IMG/VR virus record: IMGVR_UViG_3300028887_000001 | Coordinates: 92,088-156,087 of that record | Length of the DNA: 64,000 nucleotides | Strand: one strand, 5' to 3' | Source of the DNA: a virus | Taxonomy: Duplodnaviria; Heunggongvirae; Uroviricota; Caudoviricetes | Part shown: positions 25,378 to 34,264 of the stretch, in pieces | Position numbering within the stretch: the stretch's first letter is position 1 | Layout: each line of letters opens with the position of its first letter | The notes under the pieces: model-generated | The model's input: the letters and a program-made list of their open reading frames with translations, nothing else | What the model was told of the DNA's origin: nothing | The model's database searches: none | Made by a program: the position numbers and the translations under genes

Positions 25378-27525
25378 ATGTTAGACAATTATTATGATTC
25401 ATATGGTTATAAGGCGCCTGAGCATTTTGTAACAATGGCAGAAATAAAGAAGGTTAAATTTGACCAAGCAACACGTGTTGAAAGGCATTTAACTGAAGTT
25501 CAATCCTTCTTTAGTGAAACTGGTCAAGAGACTGGTGCTTTATCTCAATCTCCGTTGTTAATGAAGCAGATTCCGGTTCCTCCTCACGATTATAGCAAAG
25601 ACTATTTGACCTTTGAAATACTTGAAGGTGGTAATATATTTTTTGTATTTAATGATGCTGTAACCAGTGATTTGTTAAGGTCAATTAGTTATTCGCTTGA
25701 TGGTGGTAAAACATGGGTTACTGAAGAAAACCCATATGGTGACGTCTTGGATAAGAGTGGTGGGGGAAAAAGTGCAGGAAAAACAATTAACATCGAAGTG
25801 AAAGATAATACCAATAATGAAGACGAGAATGAGTTTGATGAATCAAATTTTGGTGTTAAATTTATCGATTTAGAAGAAGATGGAAGTGTTGGTATAAGTT
25901 GGTCAGAACTTTATGGGAAAAAGAGTGTAGATGGCCTTGTAACGATTCCAGTTTCATCTGGTGATATAATCTTATTGAAGGGTGATGCTGATACATATGG
26001 TGTTATGGGCTCTGACAGTGTTCCGCTTTTTGCTCATTTTGGTAGTGACTGCAAATTTAATGCTTATGGCAATATAATGTCACTTTGTTATGGTGATGAA
26101 TTTAAAGAAAAGAAAGAAATTACACATGATGCACAATTTTCAGGGTTATTTAATGATGAATCTGGTTGTCATGTGGTTGATGCTTCAAAATTATCATTAC
26201 CAGCAACAAAACTAATTGAATCTTGCTATAGGACATTCTTCTACAGTTGTTCTGATTTGGTGAGTGGCCCAAAATTACCAGCAACAGAGTTAGCACCTAA
26301 TTGCTATAAGAGTTTTTATTATAATTGTGCCAGTCTTAAAAAGGTACACGATTTGTTAGACGTACAGTTGTATTACCGTAGTTGCCAATACATGTTCTAT
26401 GGCTGTTCTTCATTGACAAAGGCGCCAAAATTACCATCCACGAAACTTGGAGGTAGTTGTTATCAAAACATGTTCCAACAATGTTCATCATTAGTTGCTG
26501 CCCCAGAATTGCCAGCAACAACCTTATGTGATTATTGTTATGATAATATGTTTTATGGTTGTACATCATTGACAACCGCACCTGAATTGCCAGCAAAAAC
26601 TGCAAGAGTATGTTGTTATCGTTCAATGTTCAGGAATTGTTCCTCATTGAAAAAAACAATAAAAATAGATTTATCTGAAACGGAAAGTGGTTGTTGTACC
26701 TCAATGCTTTTGGGGTGTACATCGTTGGTAACACCACCAACATTAAAGTCAAAACACCTCTCCTATCAATGTTATGCTGCAATGTTTCAGGACTGTACTT
26801 CATTGACAAAAACGCCAGAATTATCACCAACAACTTTGGCTTATGGATGTTATGATAATATGTTTAGGGGTTGCACTTCATTAATTAAAGCGCCACAACT
26901 ACCAGCAAGAGAATTGGCTGTCTTGTGTTATCGTTCAATGTTCTATGGGTGCTATTCATTAACAAAAGCACCAGAGCTTCCAGCAACTACACTTAGTACA
27001 AGTGGCTATTCATTTATGTTCTATGGTTGTACATCATTAGCAAATACTCCTGATTTGCCAGCAACAGAGTTGTCTGATTGGTGCTACTATTGGATGTTTG
27101 GCGACTGTACTTCATTAATTAAAGCGCCACAACTACCAGCAACACAGTTAGTGAAGGCTTGCTATCTAGCAATGTTCCAAGGTTGTAACTCATTAATCGA
27201 AGCACCAGTACTTCCGGCAACAACGATTGGTGATAGTAGTTATCAACAAATGTTCCGAAATTGCACATCATTAAAAACAGCACCAGAACTTGTTGGCCAA
27301 GCCTTAAATGTGGATTGTTATAAATTGATGTTTGGCGGCTGTTCTAAGTTAAATTACATTAAATGCATTGTTGAGAATTTAACTCCATCAAACGCATTCT
27401 CGTCTTGGGTTAGTGGTGTTTCTTCAACAGGCACATTTGTCAAGAAAGCTGGTGTTGAATGGCCAAGTGGTGCAAACGGCATACCAAATGGGTGGACTGT
27501 TGAAGAAGTGGTTGATGAGATTTAG
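25378..27525 (+). CDS. 26-aa-repeat LRR-like (BspA-related) protein
   Basis: About 15 tandem APxLPAxxLxxxCYxxMFxxCxSL repeats with a GIPNGWTV C-cap. Confidence 0.85.
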   Translation: MLDNYYDSYGYKAPEHFVTMAEIKKVKFDQATRVERHLTEVQSFFSETGQETGALSQSPLLMKQIPVPPHDYSKDYLTFEILEGGNIFFVFNDAVTSDLLRSISYSLDGGKTWVTEENPYGDVLDKSGGGKSAGKTINIEVKDNTNNEDENEFDESNFGVKFIDLEEDGSVGISWSELYGKKSVDGLVTIPVSSGDIILLKGDADTYGVMGSDSVPLFAHFGSDCKFNAYGNIMSLCYGDEFKEKKEITHDAQFSGLFNDESGCHVVDASKLSLPATKLIESCYRTFFYSCSDLVSGPKLPATELAPNCYKSFYYNCASLKKVHDLLDVQLYYRSCQYMFYGCSSLTKAPKLPSTKLGGSCYQNMFQQCSSLVAAPELPATTLCDYCYDNMFYGCTSLTTAPELPAKTARVCCYRSMFRNCSSLKKTIKIDLSETESGCCTSMLLGCTSLVTPPTLKSKHLSYQCYAAMFQDCTSLTKTPELSPTTLAYGCYDNMFRGCTSLIKAPQLPARELAVLCYRSMFYGCYSLTKAPELPATTLSTSGYSFMFYGCTSLANTPDLPATELSDWCYYWMFGDCTSLIKAPQLPATQLVKACYLAMFQGCNSLIEAPVLPATTIGDSSYQQMFRNCTSLKTAPELVGQALNVDCYKLMFGGCSKLNYIKCIVENLTPSNAFSSWVSGVSSTGTFVKKAGVEWPSGANGIPNGWTVEEVVDEI

Positions 27526-27569
27526 TTGATTGATATTTAATATAAGAATAAAAAAATTATATATTATAT

Positions 27570-28190
27570 ATGAATAGTTTAAATTGTTACGGATATAATG
27601 AAAATGGTGGCTTGTTTAGGTCAACCAATTCACAAAAGGGTCTTCAATACCCTCCAGTAAAAAGAGTGCCTGTAAAGAGAAGGGAGTGTGATGCTTTCTT
27701 TGAGGAAAACTTTGGTGAAACAACCGATTTGGTTGCGATAATGAAAAAAGGTGGAAATGGTGGAAATGATGAGCCGAAGATTGTCGTTAGCAATGATGTG
27801 AAGTTCTATTATTGGAATGCAAGTAGAAGGCATAGAAGTGTGGTTCTAGATGTAAGTAGTGGAACTGTTAGCCTGTGGCCTTATGGTTATGGACTAACTA
27901 GCGTTGATGATATATATTTTTATGGAATCGACCTTTATGATGGATGTATTAAGGTATATGATGCAAATGGCAATTTAATAAGCGAAACAATTAGTATATA
28001 TCCAATTGATGACCCAGAGGTTGAGTGGAATACTCAAATGTATGTAAAGCTTAGCTTTACCGGAGATAACCAAGTTCCATATGTTGTTAAGTTACAGGAC
28101 AAGGTATGGTTCACAATGACAAATGAACATCTTTTTGGTGCACAGCCATATGACGATGGCGATGACGAAGGTGCGGATGATAATGGCTAA
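27570..28190 (+). CDS. hypothetical protein with YGY...ECDAFFEE leader
   Basis: 206 aa; first ~45 aa similar to the next gene. Confidence 0.8.
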   Translation: MNSLNCYGYNENGGLFRSTNSQKGLQYPPVKRVPVKRRECDAFFEENFGETTDLVAIMKKGGNGGNDEPKIVVSNDVKFYYWNASRRHRSVVLDVSSGTVSLWPYGYGLTSVDDIYFYGIDLYDGCIKVYDANGNLISETISIYPIDDPEVEWNTQMYVKLSFTGDNQVPYVVKLQDKVWFTMTNEHLFGAQPYDDGDDEGADDNG

Positions 28191-28212
28191 TAAATAAAAC
28201 AACTACAAAATT

Positions 28213-28500
28213 ATGTTGAATATATATGGTTATAAAGAAGGTGGTTTATTTGAATCAAGCGCAAAGAAAAATGGCTTGAAATATATTAAATCACATGCAG
28301 TTTCAAGAAAGAGAAAAGAGTGTGATGCATTCTTTGAGGAATCGTATAATACCGAAAGTCTTTTGGTTTCACCAACAAAAATAAATAAGACAAAAGAAAC
28401 AAAAAGAAAAGCTGGTGATGCAAACACATACGAAGGTGGTATACCAGGGCTTGATAGGCCGCCAAGAGAGCCAATTCCAGGTTATGGGTTTGGTTCTTAA
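28213..28500 (+). CDS. hypothetical protein with YGY...ECDAFFEE leader
   Basis: 95 aa; paralogous N-terminus. Confidence 0.75.
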   Translation: MLNIYGYKEGGLFESSAKKNGLKYIKSHAVSRKRKECDAFFEESYNTESLLVSPTKINKTKETKRKAGDANTYEGGIPGLDRPPREPIPGYGFGS

Positions 28501-28523
28501 AATAACAACACAAAGTATTATCA

Positions 28524-29351
28524 ATGGAAAATCATTATAAATTGCATGAGAACTTGGAGATTGAGGTTGAGCCAGAGGAAATAAACCTCAAGTCGTTTAA
28601 GGTTAGGGATTATTTGGAGAATCACATATGGGACGAGGATGGTAATCTTGACCCAATGGTTCGTCGTGTTTTAATGGACGTGTCTGATGATTTCTGGGAG
28701 TCTTGCAATGTTCGTTGGGTTAAGCCGAAAGGTGTCTTATTAACAGGTTCCATATGCAATTTCAATTGGAGCAAATATTCCGACATTGATGTCCATGTTG
28801 TTGTTGATTTCTCTGAAGTTCATGATAACAAGGAATTTGTTCAAGAATATTTTGATGATAAGAAAAATGATTGGAACAATTCTCATGAACACTTAAACGT
28901 ATATGGATTTCCAATTGAGCTATATGTTGAAGATATAAATGCTGATACAACATCTGCCGGCATATATGACTTATGGAAGAATGAATGGCTTAAGGAACCT
29001 GAAGAGGGTAATATTGAACCAATCAAGTTGAACAAATACGCCATTAAGGAGGTTGCTGCCGAAATAATGACAGAGATTGATGATTTGTGTGATGCATTTG
29101 AGGGTGAGGAAGACAAGCACAAGCTTGAAGAAATTGCCGATGCCGCTGACGTTTTAAGCAAAAAGATTAAGTCTATCAGAAAGGTTGGTCTTAAGCGTGG
29201 AGAAATGGGAAGTGGCAATATTGCTTATAAGGTTGCCAGAAGAATGGGCTATCTTGATAAGTTGTGGAAATTAAAAACTGATTGTTATGATAAAATCAAT
29301 TCAATTGGCCATAACAAAACATTTGACGAAAAAATAACAGAAATGTATTAA
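28524..29351 (+). CDS. Pol-beta-superfamily nucleotidyltransferase
   Basis: hGS...DxD signature LTGSICNFNWSKYSDIDVH, with a third acid in ELYVED. Confidence 0.75.
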   Translation: MENHYKLHENLEIEVEPEEINLKSFKVRDYLENHIWDEDGNLDPMVRRVLMDVSDDFWESCNVRWVKPKGVLLTGSICNFNWSKYSDIDVHVVVDFSEVHDNKEFVQEYFDDKKNDWNNSHEHLNVYGFPIELYVEDINADTTSAGIYDLWKNEWLKEPEEGNIEPIKLNKYAIKEVAAEIMTEIDDLCDAFEGEEDKHKLEEIADAADVLSKKIKSIRKVGLKRGEMGSGNIAYKVARRMGYLDKLWKLKTDCYDKINSIGHNKTFDEKITEMY

Positions 29352-29412
29352 TACATGGTTTTAATTGTAAGTTTTTTTAAACAATCGTATATTTATATAT
29401 AAGTATGTCGCT

Positions 29413-29796
29413 ATGAATATCATAATCAACGAACACCAACAGATAATCTTTGAAAAAAGTGCGGCTTCGGAAGCAATGCGTGAGAAGATTAAAAAGGTTG
29501 AGAGTGAGAAGGCAGAGCTTGAGGATTTTATCGAATCTAATGGCAAGTTTATGATAGATGTGACCAATGGTAAGAAGTACCTGGTGCAGTATTTGAGGGC
29601 ATTGTCAGAATTGGTTGGCAAACAATATGCAATGTGTGCACCGGTAAGAAAGGATGGTACTTATGGGGCATTTTATGTTAAACCATTTGGGACATTCAAC
29701 AGTGGCAATGAACAAAATATTGGAACAAATTCAAATAATGTGGTTACCCAGCATGTAAAGCCAAATCTTTATCAATTGATGGGTTTAAACAAATGA
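29413..29796 (+). CDS. hypothetical protein
   Basis: 127-aa ORF after a TATTTAT motif. Confidence 0.75.
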   Translation: MNIIINEHQQIIFEKSAASEAMREKIKKVESEKAELEDFIESNGKFMIDVTNGKKYLVQYLRALSELVGKQYAMCAPVRKDGTYGAFYVKPFGTFNSGNEQNIGTNSNNVVTQHVKPNLYQLMGLNK

Positions 29797-29829
29797 GATA
29801 AATAATTTATATATATAAAAATTGTAATC

Positions 29830-31398
29830 ATGATTGACAAGAAAGTAAATTTAGATGAACAAGTTCAGAGAATGAAGAGTTTGATGAACTATGGTCTGAA
29901 CGAAAACAAACAGCCAGCATACTCAGGTGTTGAGTATAGCAAGGTTGCCGCAGATGGCAAACTTTATGGTATTGTCAGAGAAGGCACTAAGTTCTATATC
30001 AAAGTTGCAAAGGACACCAACGGCGGTCTCATTTCCGAAAACTTTGATTATATTGGCGGTTTCCGCAACCGTAAGGATAACATGTTCGAAAGCTTTGCTT
30101 CAGCGCAACGTTATTTCTGTGAAAAGCTTGAGTGTATCAACGAGAGTATTGACGACAAACAGAAGAGGGTTATCGCTGAATCTTGGAACCTTGACGAGAA
30201 GAAAGAGGTTATCGAAGAGGGCACAAAGAAGATGCAAGCTGAAATTGCTCGTCAGCGTCAGATTATGAAGAACGCTCAGAACATCAATGAGGGTAAAAAG
30301 CAATGCTGTGACATGGAAGATTGCCCAAAATGTGACACATTGAAGACTGAAGAACCAAAGAAGAGCCCTTCTGCTCCTTATGTTGAAGTTCCATGCGAGG
30401 AGTGTTCAACTCCAAAGAAAGATAACATTAAGGGTAAGACCGAACCTGTAAAGGGTGAAGGTGCCGACAAGAAACTTAAGGAGAGTACAGAAACTCCTCT
30501 TGTAAGTCGTGAAAACCCAGAATACATCGATAAGTCTCATGGAACCGAAATCGGTAACAACGCACCATTCGTTGACGATGTTGACAAGACTGAAGGTGCT
30601 GTTGCCGAAGAGGATGGTGGAGAAGCTGTTGTTTCTAAAATAACAGACCACGTTAATGAGGAAGTTGCAATGCATGCAACCGACAACCAAAACAGCCCTG
30701 AGGTTGGTGTTGGTGAAAAGGGTGACAACGACCCATTTGAAGAGGAAGTTGAAATCACTGAGGACGTTGAACTTGACGACACCCTTGATGATGAAGAGGT
30801 TGCAGACGATGATTTGCTCGATGCTGAAGAATCTGATGACGAAGAGGTTAATGACGAAGAGGTTAATGACGACGCAGATGCAGAAGATAGTGTTTACGAC
30901 GTTGAAGTTGAAGATGAAAATGACACTCAAGCACGTCTTGATTCAATTGAAGACAAGCTCAATCAACTTTTGGATGTTATTAACAACTTGAAGTATGACG
31001 ATGACGATGAACTCTATGATGACGAGGAATCTGATGATTATGATGATGACGATTTCGATGATGTTGAAGGCCCAATTGGTGAACCTGAAGAGTTCGATGA
31101 TGACGAAGATTACGAAGTTATTGAAAGCAAGTCTTATAAGGCAATGAAAGCAAAAATGCTCCGTGAGGAAGATGATTTCGGCAAACACCCTGCTTTCCAG
31201 AAGAGAGTTATGACAACACCTCCTTCCAACAACCCAATGAAGGATGGTCAGTATGACATGAATGATGATAGTGTTGAAGGTGAAAAGCCTTATGCTACTC
31301 AACTTGGCGATACCGCACCTTTTGATGTTGACCCAGAACAAATCGAGAATGCCATTACTGAGGCTGTTATGAAGTCGTTAAAAAAAAAATTGGCTTAA
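29830..31398 (+). CDS. acidic prohead core/scaffold-like protein
   Basis: 522 aa with a very D/E-rich C-half and many LxE/IxE sites; function inferred from composition only. Confidence 0.6.
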   Translation: MIDKKVNLDEQVQRMKSLMNYGLNENKQPAYSGVEYSKVAADGKLYGIVREGTKFYIKVAKDTNGGLISENFDYIGGFRNRKDNMFESFASAQRYFCEKLECINESIDDKQKRVIAESWNLDEKKEVIEEGTKKMQAEIARQRQIMKNAQNINEGKKQCCDMEDCPKCDTLKTEEPKKSPSAPYVEVPCEECSTPKKDNIKGKTEPVKGEGADKKLKESTETPLVSRENPEYIDKSHGTEIGNNAPFVDDVDKTEGAVAEEDGGEAVVSKITDHVNEEVAMHATDNQNSPEVGVGEKGDNDPFEEEVEITEDVELDDTLDDEEVADDDLLDAEESDDEEVNDEEVNDDADAEDSVYDVEVEDENDTQARLDSIEDKLNQLLDVINNLKYDDDDELYDDEESDDYDDDDFDDVEGPIGEPEEFDDDEDYEVIESKSYKAMKAKMLREEDDFGKHPAFQKRVMTTPPSNNPMKDGQYDMNDDSVEGEKPYATQLGDTAPFDVDPEQIENAITEAVMKSLKKKLA

Positions 31399-31445
31399 AT
31401 GAAAAGCATGTTCTTCAGATTCCAAATTCTGGAGGCGCTAACGAT

Positions 31446-31808
31446 ATGGAACCCATGCCTATGGACCAGCCACCAATGGGAGGCCCTGAAGACATGGGTC
31501 CTGGTTTAGATGAACAACCACCAATTGGTGGTGAAGACCCAATGGGCGACGCTGAAATGCCAGAAGGTAATAATGCTGAAGGAAATGGTGAAATCGACGA
31601 TATTTTCTCCCAACTTGACACTGAAAAACAAGCTGCTGTTATTAAATATGCAAAGAGCATGCTTGGTGAGGGTGTTGAATCTGAAAAGCTTGTAACAGAA
31701 ATTGAAAATGAAATATTGGCAGACAGGCAAGACAAAGAAAAAAAGGAGAAAATAAGGAATAAATCGGTTAATAAAGCCAACAATCCGTTCGTCACAAAAT
31801 TCAATTAA
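31446..31808 (+). CDS. P/G/M-rich acidic protein, possibly a -1-frame extension of the upstream gene
   Basis: Its frame is open upstream through the A10 run at 31380-31389. Confidence 0.65.
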   Translation: MEPMPMDQPPMGGPEDMGPGLDEQPPIGGEDPMGDAEMPEGNNAEGNGEIDDIFSQLDTEKQAAVIKYAKSMLGEGVESEKLVTEIENEILADRQDKEKKEKIRNKSVNKANNPFVTKFN

Positions 31809-31821
31809 AGAATAAAAAAAG

Positions 31822-31851
31822 TAAAGGCCCCAATTAATTTTGAGGCCTTTA
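31822..31851. terminator. bidirectional intrinsic terminator
   Basis: TAAAGGCC...GGCCTTTA stem between convergent genes, with A/T-rich flanks. Confidence 0.7.
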
Positions 31852-31872
31852 TTATTGTATTATATTTTGATA

Positions 31873-32514
31873 TTAGAATGTTACTGTACCACCGAGGGAT
31901 TCTATTGAATTGACAAGGGAGAAAATTATTCCCTGTAATGACTTGAGTTGGTTATTATATGTAATATATATTTCGCCAATTTGTTCAATTTCAAAAATGT
32001 TCTTTCTATTATTATTATCATAGCCAGCACCAATATCAAATATTAAACCATTCCTTGTTGAATTGAATTTTCCGAATGCAGCCTCAGAATTATTTGACGT
32101 TGTAACGCCATTGCCATAGGCAAATGAATTATCAGCACCAGCAATTGACTGATTACCACCTGCGTGTGTACTTGTTGCATTTGATTTACAACCACTACCC
32201 TCTGAGAAGGAGTTATTTCCGTTAGAATTATTATTACTGCCAAATGACACAGCACAATCCCCTGATGCAGAACAACCAGTGTCTTTTTGTACTATTGAAT
32301 TTGTTCCGTCTCCAGAAACAACAACAACACCGTCATATAATTCCTGTATTGAGTCCGTAAAGGCACTCATTTGCTCATCTAAGCCAAGATTTGCCCTTCC
32401 GTTGGCTTTTTGTTCCTCTGTCCAATTCATGTCCCTGTGGAGCCAATTTACAACATACTTCTCATAGAATCTTTTAAGCATGTTGGTATCCCACATAAAT
32501 TTCTTATTTGCCAT
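31873..32514 (-). CDS. fibre/adhesin protein with YadA-head-like repeats
   Basis: ~14-residue SxAxG periodicity (AVSFG, SFSEG, THAGG, SFAYG, AAFG). Confidence 0.6.
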   Translation of the reverse strand: MANKKFMWDTNMLKRFYEKYVVNWLHRDMNWTEEQKANGRANLGLDEQMSAFTDSIQELYDGVVVVSGDGTNSIVQKDTGCSASGDCAVSFGSNNNSNGNNSFSEGSGCKSNATSTHAGGNQSIAGADNSFAYGNGVTTSNNSEAAFGKFNSTRNGLIFDIGAGYDNNNRKNIFEIEQIGEIYITYNNQLKSLQGIIFSLVNSIESLGGTVTF

Positions 32515-32559
32515 TATATAACACTTTCTATATAAATATCATTTATTCACGTTTTATGA

Positions 32560-33012
32560 TTAATCAGTTGGCTCTTCATCATCTGGTTCATCTTCTTCAG
32601 GTTCATTAATAACCTCTTCTTCATTTGTCGTTCCCGACTCTGAATCACCATTGACATCAATTTGTATTATTTGAAGCTCTTGCTCAACCTCTAATGATGA
32701 TTCTAATTGCCTGTATTCTAGCCTTAATTGTCTTCTTTTACCTTGCCAATCACCATACTCTGTCATGTCTTCTCCGTCGATGTATTTGCTTGTAAGATAA
32801 TCCATCGATTCCAATTCTGCTATTATGTCTTTCATTCTTTGAATTTTAATGAAATGCTCTGCTGTGTGTGTTGGTTGTTCTACCACTTCAACATAACCCC
32901 ACTCTGTAAGTTGTTCTGGGGTTGGAATACCACTGAATAGTGAATCACCATGCGCTGTTGTTAATGTTCCACCAGTGTAAATGTCTCCTGTGTTATTGTT
33001 TATATATTTCAT
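32560..33012 (-). CDS. putative fibre assembly chaperone, copy 1
   Basis: MKYIN...FSGIPTxEQLxEWGY...DYLTSK; paralog of 43046-43405; follows an LRR gene. Confidence 0.6.
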   Translation of the reverse strand: MKYINNNTGDIYTGGTLTTAHGDSLFSGIPTPEQLTEWGYVEVVEQPTHTAEHFIKIQRMKDIIAELESMDYLTSKYIDGEDMTEYGDWQGKRRQLRLEYRQLESSLEVEQELQIIQIDVNGDSESGTTNEEEVINEPEEDEPDDEEPTD

Positions 33013-33029
33013 AATACTTTATTTTATTT

Positions 33030-34250
33030 TTATTTAGCGTTTTGGACGGTCCAGTTAGATGGGATACCGTTATTGCCAGTTGACCATGAACTCATGCTTG
33101 AATTCTTATAAAACGTTCCACTTGAAGCCACACCGTATACCCAGTTATTCGTACAATTCGAGGCGCTTATGTTTGTAGCTTTGCAAGTAATTGTTGATAG
33201 CAACGTACAGCCATAGAACATTCTATAATAACAGTTTGAAGTCAATGTCAGTGCTGCCAGGATTGGTGATTCTGTTAGTTTTTTACAGTTATAAAACATA
33301 TATCTGTAGCAATAGTTTGTAAGTGTCGTAGCTGGCAAAGCTGGTGCGCTTGCTAATACCGAGCACCCATAAAACATATATTGAAATGTGTATGTGCCAG
33401 TAAGTGATGTTGCTGATATTTGTGGTGGAGTGACTAATTTCGTGTCACCACGAAACATGTTTGAATAACAGTAGCTAGCAGTTGTTGTTGCTGGTAACAC
33501 CTTTGGTGCTGTTACCAACGCAGTACAACCAGACAATGAACCGGCATAGCAATTTGACGTACATGCTGTTGCTGGGAAAATTAAATTCTCCGCATTTGTC
33601 AATCTTGTGTTACCAGCAAAAAGTCTATATAACGCATAATTTCTCCCTAATGTTTTTTGTGTGACGAAATTATCTCCATATAGCAATGACATTGTGTTTC
33701 CGTATGCCTCAAAGTTGGCTGTTGCACTAAATGTGCCAATGCCATATGTTCCAGATGTTGCTGGTGTTCTTGTGCCCCTCCACATAATTGTGTTTCCAGC
33801 AGTAACAGTTGGTGATGCCGTTGCATAACCCAAACTTGTCCAAGTTGAACCACTATCCAAACTGTATTCAAGTTGGCTTCCAGTTCCAGCCGAACTGTAT
33901 TGAAATGTTCCGTTTGCTGTTGCTTTAAAGGTAAGATATAATTCATCGTATATCATAACCCTTAATGTGCAGGTTGCATCTTCTGGTAAATATTGACTAT
34001 TACCAGCAAATGACGCTGTTAATGTGGTTGTTCCACTTCCAACATATGTTATTGCGCCAGTGTTTGCGTCTATTGTTGCAGCATTCGTATTTGAAGACGA
34101 ATATGTTACAGTAACACCATGAGGGTTTGTTAATGATGGCTTTGTGGTATCGTCAACCATATAAGTGTATGATGATTGTCCCCACTCTAACCCTGGGCTA
34201 ACAGTGCCACCACCAACAGAACCGGCAGACCTTCTTCTTGCAGATATCAT
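33030..34250 (-). CDS. 26-aa-repeat LRR-like protein (RRR N-terminus)
   Basis: MISARRRS start, YLTFKA N-cap, ~5 repeats, GIPSNWTV cap. Confidence 0.85.
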   Translation of the reverse strand: MISARRRSAGSVGGGTVSPGLEWGQSSYTYMVDDTTKPSLTNPHGVTVTYSSSNTNAATIDANTGAITYVGSGTTTLTASFAGNSQYLPEDATCTLRVMIYDELYLTFKATANGTFQYSSAGTGSQLEYSLDSGSTWTSLGYATASPTVTAGNTIMWRGTRTPATSGTYGIGTFSATANFEAYGNTMSLLYGDNFVTQKTLGRNYALYRLFAGNTRLTNAENLIFPATACTSNCYAGSLSGCTALVTAPKVLPATTTASYCYSNMFRGDTKLVTPPQISATSLTGTYTFQYMFYGCSVLASAPALPATTLTNYCYRYMFYNCKKLTESPILAALTLTSNCYYRMFYGCTLLSTITCKATNISASNCTNNWVYGVASSGTFYKNSSMSSWSTGNNGIPSNWTVQNAK

Positions 34251-34264
34251 ACTCTTTTTTTTAT

